From Halonatronum saccharophilum DSM 13868 (GTDB lineage Bacteria > Bacillota > Halanaerobiia > Halobacteroidales > Halobacteroidaceae), in NCBI RefSeq assembly GCF_000517025.1, contig NZ_KI912097.1, positions 94,988 through 118,089 of the forward strand: DNA of 23,102 bases, given 5' to 3'. Positions 1 through 7,668 of this stretch are shown one piece after another. Positions within the stretch are counted from its first letter, which is position 1; every line of letters begins with the position of its first letter. Below the pieces are notes generated by a model. It had not been told where the DNA came from and did no database searches. It saw nothing but the letters and a program-made list of their open reading frames with translations. Both the position numbers and the translations under genes were made by a program.

Positions 1-476
1 AGTCCTTATATCCTTATAGGGGATATACTCTTAATAGAGATATACAGGCTTATAGGAGAAATCTAAGGATATATGTAAAGGTAAAGTCTTTTGGAACAAG
101 GAAAGCTAATAACACGGAGGTCTTAATACCTATGAAGTGGTGGTATGGAAACTAATTATAGATAACATACCTTAATATTAGTGAGAGTAGTGGTAAAGTA
201 CCGTTGAAACCTTGATAATAAGAGGTGGAGGAATAGCCACAAGTCAATGTATTAGATTAATATAATTTTATTATTTAACACATAAGGTTCTGGTGAGACT
301 AAGAGAGCAGGGTTAATTCCCGAAGACAGGCTTCTATAGGAACAACTAAAGGAAGTTCTAAGCGACTTATGACTACACTTAGAGAAACTTTGAGGAGCTA
401 CACACAAGCTATGAGCCAGAGTTTCGAGTTCTAAGTTAGGAAATAGTAAAATCCACATAATTTAATACACTTGATG

Positions 477-563
477 GAACGCCGTGTGAGGTGAAAGTCT
501 CACGCACGGTGTGGAGCGGGGGAAAAGTTGGAGATAATATCAAATTCTTACCTATCGTTATCA
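477..563 (+). repeat. Repeat module M, copy 1 (GAACGCC...TCTTACCTATCGTTATCA). Contains hairpin CCGTGTGAGG-TGAAAGT-CTCACGCACGG at 482-509.
   Basis: Direct comparison with 691-779 shows ~75% identity over ~88 nt. Differences inside the hairpin are compensatory (G:C in copy 1 versus A:T in copy 2). Confidence 0.6.
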
Positions 564-690
564 TTGGTTTCTGGTGAGACTAAAAGAAAGTTAGGGAAGA
601 AAGTTTTATCTTCCAATCCTTGCCCAATGGGACTTCAATAGAAGTTTTCAGCTATATATGATAAATAGTAATAATTATCTTATTTTCATA

Positions 691-779
691 GAACGCCTTG
701 TGAAGTTGAAAACTTCATGCAGAGTGTGGAGCAGGGGAAAAGATGGAGATTACACCAAACTCTTACCTATTGCTATACA
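691..779 (+). repeat. Repeat module M, copy 2 (GAACGCC...TCTTACCTATTGCTATACA). Hairpin CCTTGTGAAG-TTGAAAA-CTTCATGCAGAG at 696-724.
   Basis: Same register as copy 1 at a 214-215 nt spacing. The conserved GGAGC(R)GGGGAAAAG(W)TGGAGAT core and the TCTTACCTAT tail are shared. Confidence 0.6.
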
Positions 780-1015
780 TATGAGCCTTGGTAGGAAGGT
801 AGAGATTACTTATATCAGAGTGTTTTGTTTTAACGAACGAGAGTGGTTTTATCGAAAGTAAGCTCAGACGCCCCACCAAGGTAAAAGCCAAAGCCTTGTA
901 GCACGAATGGCAACGCGAAGACAAATCGAAGTATTGAAGTCTACTGACAAAGGTATCTAAAGGATACCAAGGAAGTATGCAGACCGTAACACAAGTGAAC
1001 GCATAGTAGCTTCGA
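763..1015 (+). repeat. Repeat module N, copy 1 (TTACC...GAACGCATA). Non-coding, hairpin-rich, candidate structured RNA.
   Basis: Aligns with 4177-4442. Long identical blocks are shared (TTTTAACGAACGAGA-TGGTTTTATCGAAAGTAAGCTCAGACG, GCCTTGTAGCAC, TTGACAAAGGTATCTAAAGGATACCA, AAGTATGCAGACCGTAACAC). Perfect hairpin GGTATC-TAAAG-GATACC at 952-968. No RBS-led ORF. Confidence 0.6.
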
Positions 1016-1155
1016 AAGGGCCAACATTTGGCGCTCGAGCCTTTAGTGTCTGGGCGGGGACTGGGGGTTTAACTTAGCTAATGTGTTGAGCGTTGGAGCT
1101 ACAGACTAAATCGCAAGTGATTGTATTATTTATTGAGGAGGTTTTAAATTTTAAA

Positions 1156-2157
1156 ATGAATATAGAATATTTAATTGAACAGAAAGTAGGAATAATTAAT
1201 ACTAATAACAATCCTGTAAATTTTAATGGTACAATAGAAGAAATAGTTGATTTAGGTTATGATGTAATTGTTACATTTGCCGATTATGATTTTTCTTTAA
1301 GTTGGAAAGCAGGAGAAAATCCATCTATTAGACATTATAGTTGTGGATTAGGTGAATATCCTATACCTAGCAAATGGGAGTTAAAACATTTTAATGAATA
1401 TATACTATATGAATTATATTATGATAGAAAAGTTATATTATGGTTTAAAGATGATGTAACAAAAGAGAAAGTAGTAGCTTCTATTTTAAATTTTTTTAAA
1501 GATGAACATAAAAAATTTAAAGAAGTTATTGAGACAAAACTTTCTACACAAAAAAATAGAGTAAAGGACATTCCAATCAAATTAACTCATTGTACTGCTT
1601 GTATTGAAGAAGGCTGTATGACAGAATATGTTTGCCATATTACAAGTGTAGAGAACGCTATAAAGATAATAAAAGATGGTAAAATCTGTTCTTCTGCTAA
1701 GGTTAAAGGCATTGATGGTCAAGAATTAGCTATGGAAAAAAGTAATGTTCCAGGAGATCCATCAGATTACTTTGACTATGTAATGTTTGGTTTTGGTAAT
1801 TGTCAAGCGGGAGACCGATTAGTGATAGAAAGAAGATTAGGAAAATTTCCAGAAAAGGAAGATTTAAATGAAAAATTTATTCCTGGGGTAAGATTTTATT
1901 TCAAATATAAAGATTTGATTAAACATTCAGGTTATATTTCAGATGGATATCATTATTTAAAGATAAAAGATTCTATTGATATTTTGCCTAACTTAGCGGC
2001 TATAGCAACATCTGAAAATTTTAAAGATGTTTTAATGGGAAATATTCCAAGTGAAATGCATAAGTATTTTGTTTTTTTAGATCATAGCAAATATGATATT
2101 TGGACTTGGTCACATAATATATATGAAAAAGTTAAAAGAATAGATAAGAGAAAGTAA
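1156..2157 (+). CDS. Hypothetical 333-aa protein. The C-terminal half carries DarT/DUF4433-like ADP-ribosyltransferase motifs (HITSVENAIKIIKDGKI, DYFDYVMFGF). The N-terminal ~165 aa are an unknown domain.
   Basis: Long ORF in the six-frame track. ATG at 1156 is preceded by GAGGAGG at 1135-1141 (long 14-nt spacer). The upstream in-frame TTG at 1093 lacks an RBS. Motif similarity to DarT is recalled from memory, not searched. Confidence 0.6.
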   Translation: MNIEYLIEQKVGIINTNNNPVNFNGTIEEIVDLGYDVIVTFADYDFSLSWKAGENPSIRHYSCGLGEYPIPSKWELKHFNEYILYELYYDRKVILWFKDDVTKEKVVASILNFFKDEHKKFKEVIETKLSTQKNRVKDIPIKLTHCTACIEEGCMTEYVCHITSVENAIKIIKDGKICSSAKVKGIDGQELAMEKSNVPGDPSDYFDYVMFGFGNCQAGDRLVIERRLGKFPEKEDLNEKFIPGVRFYFKYKDLIKHSGYISDGYHYLKIKDSIDILPNLAAIATSENFKDVLMGNIPSEMHKYFVFLDHSKYDIWTWSHNIYEKVKRIDKRK

Positions 2158-2700
2158 ATACGACTTCGTCTAACATAGGCTTAGCGGTGCGTCCTATCAG
2201 GGTATATATTCTAGTGAGTGTAAATCTCATCAGAGTAAAGGTTAGCCAGCAGCTCTGTATCGAGTCTTGGAGGTGTTATGGTAACATAACACTTTAAGCG
2301 TAGACAGAAAGTTAGCAAGGTAGAATCGACTGGATACGGTTTTTGTGGTTTTCACGGAGAGTCCGAGAGGACTCGTAGGGATTGGTTTGCCAGCGGTGAA
2401 CTGTATTGAGCTCCGAAAACCGTGTAAATGAGAAGGGTCGAAGCTGTCGCTAAAGTGGAAGACAGTAACTACTTATGCATAAAAGGCGAGCATAAGTAAT
2501 CATCTCCGGAGTCTAAGGCACTACCTCGCTAAACATCAAGAATATATAGAAACCTAGGGAGGTCCTATTAGGTCTTTCCGCAAGGAGAGTATGTCTGATG
2601 AGCTGAAGAGGTAAAGAAGACAAACGCCAATAGGAAGTCGGATACTCTCATAGTACCAAAGAAACTGGGTAACTCTAGTGGAGGGAAGGAGTAGTAACAG

Positions 2701-4062
2701 ATGAAACTGCAAGCAAGGGACACATCTATCGGACACAGAACCGAAGAAAGGGTGAGAACAAAACTTGCTCGCATAGCACAAAGAGCGAAGAAAGATAAAG
2801 AGGTAAGATTCTGCTCTCTAAGTCATCTACTCTATAAAAGCACGCTGATAGAAGCATTTTGGAGACTATCTCCAAAAGCAGCACCAGGGGTAGATAAAGA
2901 AACTAAGAATAGCTATGCAGAAAATCTAGAAGAAAATATTAAGGATTTGAACAGTAGACTTAAAAGCAACTCATTTAAACCTAATCCAGTAAGAAGGAAA
3001 TATATAAAGAAGACTGATAGTGGTAAAATGAGACCTCTTGGCATACCAGCACTAGAAGATAAGGTAGTGCAAACAGCCTTAGTAATAATAATGGAAAATA
3101 TATATGAACAAGACTTTCTACCATTCTCTTATGGGTTTCGCCCTAACAGGAACTGTCATGAAGCTTTGAAGAATCTAAGTAAAGATATAGGAACAAAGAA
3201 GGTGAACTATGTAGTAGACGCAGATATCAAAGGATTCTTTGATAATGTAAGCCATGAATGGATGATGAAGTTTCTACAACATAGAATAAATGACACCAAA
3301 ATATTAAGATTAATCAAAAGATTCTTAAAAGCAGGAGTGATAGAAGAAGGCAAATATTATAAAAGTAAAAGTGGAGTACCACAAGGAGGAACACTATCTC
3401 CTTTATTAGCAAACATCTACCTTCACTATACAATAGACCTATGGTTTGAAAAGGTAGTGACTAAGTATTGTAAAGGGGAAGCATATATGACAAGGTATGC
3501 TGATGATATAGTATTTTGCTTTCAATACAAAAGAGATGTAGAAAGGTTTTATAGAGCATTGAAAGGAAGACTTAATAAATTTAATCTAAAACTATCAGAA
3601 GAAAAGACCAAAGTAATAGAGTTTGGAAGATTCGCTCAAAGAGATGCCAAAAGGAGAGGTAAGAATAAAGCAGAAACCTTTGATTTTCTGGGATTCACCC
3701 ATTATTGTGGGAAAAGTAGAAGAGGAAAATTTAAAATCAAATGGAAGACATCAAGAAAGAAATTCAAGGCAAAGATAAATGAATTCTCTAGATGGATAAA
3801 AGAGAATAGACATCTTCCAATAAACGAAATATGGAGAAAGGTAACCCAGAAGATAAAAGGACATTTCCAATACTATGGAGTAAGCGATAATTGGAAATGG
3901 CTAGAGAAATATAAAACAGAAGTGATAAATCTACTGTACAAAGGGCTTAATAGAAGAAGCCAACGAAATAGTATGAAGTGGGATAAATTAAGAAGATTAA
4001 CCGAAGTATTCCCATTGCCAGAACCAAAGATCAGAGTGAATCTTAACTCCGCTTTTGTGTAA
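2701..4062 (+). CDS. ltrA-like: Group II intron reverse transcriptase/maturase (RT domains 0-7 plus domain X; no HNH endonuclease domain).
   Basis: Hallmark group II RT blocks are present: RPLGIPALEDKVVQTA, FSYGFRPNRNCHEAL, VVDADIKGFFDNVSHE and the YADD catalytic box in TRYADDIVFCF. The maturase-like C-terminus (GHFQYYGVSDNWKWL) has no Cys/His-rich En domain. RBS GGAGGGAAGGAG lies upstream of the ATG. Confidence 0.92.
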   Translation: MKLQARDTSIGHRTEERVRTKLARIAQRAKKDKEVRFCSLSHLLYKSTLIEAFWRLSPKAAPGVDKETKNSYAENLEENIKDLNSRLKSNSFKPNPVRRKYIKKTDSGKMRPLGIPALEDKVVQTALVIIMENIYEQDFLPFSYGFRPNRNCHEALKNLSKDIGTKKVNYVVDADIKGFFDNVSHEWMMKFLQHRINDTKILRLIKRFLKAGVIEEGKYYKSKSGVPQGGTLSPLLANIYLHYTIDLWFEKVVTKYCKGEAYMTRYADDIVFCFQYKRDVERFYRALKGRLNKFNLKLSEEKTKVIEFGRFAQRDAKRRGKNKAETFDFLGFTHYCGKSRRGKFKIKWKTSRKKFKAKINEFSRWIKENRHLPINEIWRKVTQKIKGHFQYYGVSDNWKWLEKYKTEVINLLYKGLNRRSQRNSMKWDKLRRLTEVFPLPEPKIRVNLNSAFV

Positions 4063-4077
4063 AGAGGATCATCTGGG

Positions 4078-4110
4078 GAGCCGTATGCCTAAATTGGGCA
4101 CGTACGGTTC
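4078..4110 (+). other. Group II intron domain V (catalytic hairpin).
   Basis: 34-nt hairpin matching the domain V consensus (GAGCCGUAUG...CACGUACGGUUC), 16 nt after the intron-encoded protein's stop codon. Confidence 0.85.
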
Positions 4111-4176
4111 TGAGAGGGGTATACGCCAACTATACAAGAAAAGATTAACCCTTAAGCAGAAGGCGTATATATCTAC

Positions 4177-4442
4177 TTACCAAATATGACCCTTAGTAAG
4201 AAGGTAGAGATGACTTATATCATATTGTATTTTTTTAACGAACGAGATTGGTTTTATCGAAAGTAAGCTCAGACGTCGCGAAGCCCAGGGATGTTGTATG
4301 TCCAGCGAAGCTGGACATATCCAATGGGCCAACGCCTTGTAGCACCAATGACAATTTAAAGATAAAAATATTGAAGTTCATTGACAAAGGTATCTAAAGG
4401 ATACCAGGCAAGTATGCAGACCGTAACACCGTGAGCGCATAA
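4177..4442 (+). repeat. Repeat module N, copy 2. It begins exactly at the intron 3' junction and carries an extra perfect hairpin ATGTCCAGC-GAA-GCTGGACAT (4298-4318) that copy 1 lacks.
   Basis: Aligns with 763-1015 (see that entry). Perfect hairpin GGTATC-TAAAG-GATACC at 4389-4405. Ends 17 nt before the stop of the convergent minus-strand gene. Confidence 0.6.
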
Positions 4443-4458
4443 CAGATATTTCTTTGTT

Positions 4459-5184
4459 TTATTTAACCCTATAGTCAACTAATATTTTGCTTTCTAACAC
4501 CTTTAATTTAGGTTGTTGGATATCATCTAGATCAATCTCTTCTACATAACTATTTAGATTACTTCCTTTAACTTCTTCAATAGCAGCAATGCCAACAAAG
4601 TTTAAACTACTTAAATTCAATAATATATCCAAAGTTTCTCTACTATCTTCTAGGCTATTCTTTAATAAGGTCTCTTTATATTTTTTAACATTGCTAAAAC
4701 TATAGTAAGCTTCATTAATATTGTATTCTATATTTACATGACGATTATAGTTAACCCTTCTTTGGCTAGGATCTAGTTCTTTAATTAAATCTAACACTTC
4801 TAAAGTAGTATCATAAAGACTATCTGGATCATTATCAATTATTTCAATTACTAATTCGCCTGCATACTTATAGACATTTCTTTCTTTTAGCTTAGTATTA
4901 TCACTCCAAGAAAAACCCTTATCCTCTATATCTTCCTCTTTAAAAGCTTCTAAACTTAATAATTCTTCCAATAGATCATTAATGGATCTTCTTACTTCCT
5001 GCTGAATTTGTGATCTGTTTCTCCCATCACCATTGATATTAAGGTGGATCTTAGTCATATTAGTTTGGCTTATAAGATTTGAACTTCCTAAAGTACTTAT
5101 AACCTTTTCCCCACTAGCTTCAAGTTTAGAAGGAAAGAAGAGAAGAAGTAGAGATAATATGATCAAAAAATAGATCTTCTTCAT
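4459..5184 (-). CDS. Secreted hypothetical protein with an N-terminal signal peptide. Possibly SIMPL/DUF541-like (assignment weak).
   Basis: ORF with ATG at 5184 (MKKIYFLIILSLLLLF...) preceded by GGAGGTG with a 7-8 nt spacer. A hydrophobic leader is followed by acidic mature protein. The upstream in-frame extension to 5244 lacks an RBS. Confidence 0.7.
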   Translation of the reverse strand: MKKIYFLIILSLLLLFFPSKLEASGEKVISTLGSSNLISQTNMTKIHLNINGDGRNRSQIQQEVRRSINDLLEELLSLEAFKEEDIEDKGFSWSDNTKLKERNVYKYAGELVIEIIDNDPDSLYDTTLEVLDLIKELDPSQRRVNYNRHVNIEYNINEAYYSFSNVKKYKETLLKNSLEDSRETLDILLNLSSLNFVGIAAIEEVKGSNLNSYVEEIDLDDIQQPKLKVLESKILVDYRVK

Positions 5185-5394
5185 AGAAAAACACCTCCAA
5201 TTTATTTCTTTCTTATGTATAAAAGCTTCTCTAATAAGATTCAATATCCTTTATATAGAATATGAAAGGTTCTTTATTTAAATGATTCAATTATAGAATA
5301 GTCACTTATGACTATTAAAAAATAAGAATAAAACTTATATTTAGATGTAAGTTTGGATAAATTAAAAAAGAAAATTATTATAAGGAGGGCAAAA

Positions 5395-5766
5395 ATGAAA
5401 AAAATAATTAAAACTATTGCATTAGCAAGTTTATATTTAATTGTGGCTTTCTGGATGAATAATTATAGTGAAGGGCCAACTAATTATAAAAACGAAGAAG
5501 TTTGGGCCAACAGCCCAGCTCTAAGTGGGGAGATGCTCTCTTACTTAGATAGTTTAAGAACTGGAGTAGGGGATGATATAGATAGGGTAATCCTCTTAGT
5601 AGAAGATAAGATAGATAGACAAAAAGAGAGAACAAAGGAAAGTATCTTAAGAGCTGCTAGATTTAGTAGTGGAGCAGTCTCAACCCAAAATTTAAACCGA
5701 TCAATAGAAGGTGCAGAAGCTAGATTAGATGCTAAGTTTAATCATATAAATTATTTACTAGAATAA
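5395..5766 (+). CDS. Small membrane-anchored hypothetical protein (123 aa).
   Basis: ATG at 5395 preceded by AAGGAGGG with a 6-nt spacer. One N-terminal transmembrane helix. Followed by a terminator. Confidence 0.6.
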   Translation: MKKIIKTIALASLYLIVAFWMNNYSEGPTNYKNEEVWANSPALSGEMLSYLDSLRTGVGDDIDRVILLVEDKIDRQKERTKESILRAARFSSGAVSTQNLNRSIEGAEARLDAKFNHINYLLE

Positions 5767-5794
5767 GAAGATTTTCAGAATAATAAAGTAAGCT

Positions 5795-5838
5795 AGAAGA
5801 TGAGTAAATCCTTTAATAAGGTCTCATCTTCTTTTTTC
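5795..5838 (+). terminator. Rho-independent terminator.
   Basis: Stem AGAAGATGAG / CTCATCTTCT followed by TTTTTTC. Confidence 0.6.
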
Positions 5839-5929
5839 TTTAATTAATCCACTTAAAACTTAGTCACTTATGAACATAAAATATAATATGAAAATTTAAA
5901 TATACATATATATAAGGAGGAATGATTTA

Positions 5930-6598
5930 ATGAAAAAGAAAAGCTTTATAACCAAGATTGGCAAGTTTAGTTGGATCTTTCTAGTAGCCTATTTAATCTT
6001 AGGGTGGAGGTATCTAGGAGTAGGAATTCTAGCCTTATTGTGTATTCTAGCACCACCAATTGTAGCAGTTTATAATGATGGTCGAATCTGGTGTGGCAAC
6101 TTATGCCCTAGAGGGAGTTTTAATGATAATCTTCTTAAAAAAATTAGTCGTCAAAAAATAATTCCCCAAGCATTTAGCTCGATATATTTGAGAGTATTTG
6201 CTTTATTCTTCTTATTTTTTATCTTCTTTACCGGTATCTTTTATAGTTCTGGAGAGTTCAATGTGATTTCAGCTTTATTATATAGAATAGTCTTATTTAC
6301 CACAATAATAACTATTATCTTAGGAGTAGTAATAAATCAAAGAACTTGGTGCAAATTCTGTCCTATGGGGTCTCTAGCGACTTTTTTAACCTTATGTAAA
6401 AGGAATATAGATGTGAAAGTACAGAGTGTACAGGTAAAAGAAGAGAAGTGTAATAAGTGTAACTTATGTGAGAAAGGTTGTAAAATGGACTTAAAGCCCC
6501 ATTCTTTTGACAGAGCTAAGAACAATGACCTAGACTGTCTCCACTGCCAAAAGTGTATAAAAATCTGCCCCCAAGATGCATTGAAGATAGATAGTTGA
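5930..6598 (+). CDS. Membrane-bound 4Fe-4S polyferredoxin (NapH/MauN-like CxxCP motifs plus two C-terminal CxxCxxCxxxCP ferredoxin motifs).
   Basis: AAGGAGG RBS. Motifs CGNLCPRGS, CKFCPMGS, CNKCNLCEKGC and CLHCQKCIKICP. Several transmembrane segments. Confidence 0.7.
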   Translation: MKKKSFITKIGKFSWIFLVAYLILGWRYLGVGILALLCILAPPIVAVYNDGRIWCGNLCPRGSFNDNLLKKISRQKIIPQAFSSIYLRVFALFFLFFIFFTGIFYSSGEFNVISALLYRIVLFTTIITIILGVVINQRTWCKFCPMGSLATFLTLCKRNIDVKVQSVQVKEEKCNKCNLCEKGCKMDLKPHSFDRAKNNDLDCLHCQKCIKICPQDALKIDS

Positions 6599-6631
6599 AT
6601 TTTAAGTAAAGAATAATATTATTTCTTAAAT

Positions 6632-7576
6632 TCACAAAACTTCTCGAATGACCCGCTGGGCATTCTTAAAGAAGATTTTTTCGATCTGATCTTCGCTAAA
6701 CTTTTCTTTTTTAAGAGCATAATAGAGTTTATTCATTTGACCAATATTCTCAATCTCTAGCTTAGAGGAGATACCATCAAAGTCAGAACCTAGGGCTATT
6801 ACCTCAATTCCAGCAGTATCTCTAATATGCTTAATATGTCTAATAATATCTCTAATATAACTCTTCTCACCACCGATTAAGAAGTCAGAAGCAAAGTTTA
6901 TCCCAACAACTCCACCCTTATTACTTAAAATTTTAATCATTTGATCACTCAAATTTCGGGAATGGTCTCTAAGTGATCTGGCATTGGAGTGAGATGCAAT
7001 AAAAGGTTGAGAAGAGAGCTGAGCAACATCATAGAAACCACCATCAGATAGATGGGAAACATCAATCAAGATACCCAAACGATTCATTTCTCTTATTACC
7101 TCTTTACCAAAGGGAGTCAGCCCTGTATCTCTAAATTTATTATCTGAATTTGGATACCCTAGAGAATTAGGATAATTCCAAGTAAGGGTTATCAATCTAA
7201 TTCCTAACCTATAAAAGTTTCTTAGATTATAAAGCGAATCTCCTAAAACTCCACCTTCTTCAATTGTTAAAAATGCCGAAATCTTATTTTTTTTAGAGTT
7301 TGCCTTTAAATCGCAATAATTACGGGCCAAGGCAATATCGTTACTGTTCTTTTCAATTTCATTATAAAAAAGATCAAGCATATTTAAGCAGGTCTTAGAA
7401 GGATCATTATTAAGGGATTCTTCTTCTTTTAAATCTAAGTATAAAGCAAAAAACTGAGCTATTGCTCCACCTTTTTTTAATTTATTTAGATCAACTTGAA
7501 AATCATTTGCTTTCAATTCTCCACTTTCATAAAAGATTCTACTTATCGTATCACAATGTAGATCAATTAACTTCAT
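6632..7576 (-). CDS. Membrane dipeptidase, peptidase family M19 (renal dipeptidase-like).
   Basis: DLHCDT N-terminus, DVSH, GSDFDG and other M19 signature blocks. GAGGTGA RBS. Confidence 0.85.
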   Translation of the reverse strand: MKLIDLHCDTISRIFYESGELKANDFQVDLNKLKKGGAIAQFFALYLDLKEEESLNNDPSKTCLNMLDLFYNEIEKNSNDIALARNYCDLKANSKKNKISAFLTIEEGGVLGDSLYNLRNFYRLGIRLITLTWNYPNSLGYPNSDNKFRDTGLTPFGKEVIREMNRLGILIDVSHLSDGGFYDVAQLSSQPFIASHSNARSLRDHSRNLSDQMIKILSNKGGVVGINFASDFLIGGEKSYIRDIIRHIKHIRDTAGIEVIALGSDFDGISSKLEIENIGQMNKLYYALKKEKFSEDQIEKIFFKNAQRVIREVL

Positions 7577-7668
7577 CCAAAATCACCTCTTCTTTCTATA
7601 TTAATATTTTATTAATCCTTAGTCAATAATATAATGATAGATAACCTTTAAAAAAGGGGGAAGATAAA

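Larger units (their letters stand above)
2187..4176 (+). mobile_element. Group II intron (bacterial, ORF in domain IV, endonuclease-minus intron-encoded protein), apparently intact.
   Basis: 5' end is GTGCG at 2187. A ~514-nt structured 5' region contains CGCTAA (2448-2453), complementary to the last 6 nt of the 5' flank TTAGCG (2181-2186), giving an EBS1/IBS1 pairing. Canonical domain V GAGCCGTATGCC-TAAA-TTGGGCACGTACGGTTC lies at 4078-4110. A domain VI helix GGGTATACGCC...GGCGTATATA spans 4117-4171. The 3' end is ...ATCTAC at 4176, uncertain by +/- a few nt. Confidence 0.85.

Noticed and set aside
252-861. ORFs 252-458 (-) and 658-861 (+) in the six-frame track
   Set aside because: They lie entirely within the repeat/structured region and have no Shine-Dalgarno. 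Their sequence conservation between repeat copies does not respect the reading frame (indels, and compensatory rather than synonymous changes), so they are more consistent with RNA than protein.
1093-1155. TTG start at 1093 extending the 333-aa ORF by 21 codons
   Set aside because: No RBS upstream of 1093. The internal ATG at 1156 has GAGGAGG upstream, although with a long 14-nt spacer. The longer form is kept only as an alternative.
2590-2625. CUGAUGAG motif (2596-2603) resembling a hammerhead ribozyme core
   Set aside because: The flanking sequence cannot form hammerhead stems II/III with GAAA in the correct position. It lies inside the intron domain I-III region, so it is a coincidental match.
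2554-2781. Minus-strand ORFs 2554-2781 and 2568-2774
   Set aside because: They are antisense to the group II intron domains I-III and the intron-encoded protein's start, with no RBS. They are chance ORFs in structured RNA.
2701-4062. Alternative reading of the RT as retron, DGR or Abi/UG-type defence RT
   Set aside because: The protein has the full set of group II intron RT blocks plus maturase domain X, and is flanked by a GTGCG 5' end and a consensus domain V/VI. No msr/msd-like inverted repeats or TR/VR pair are present.
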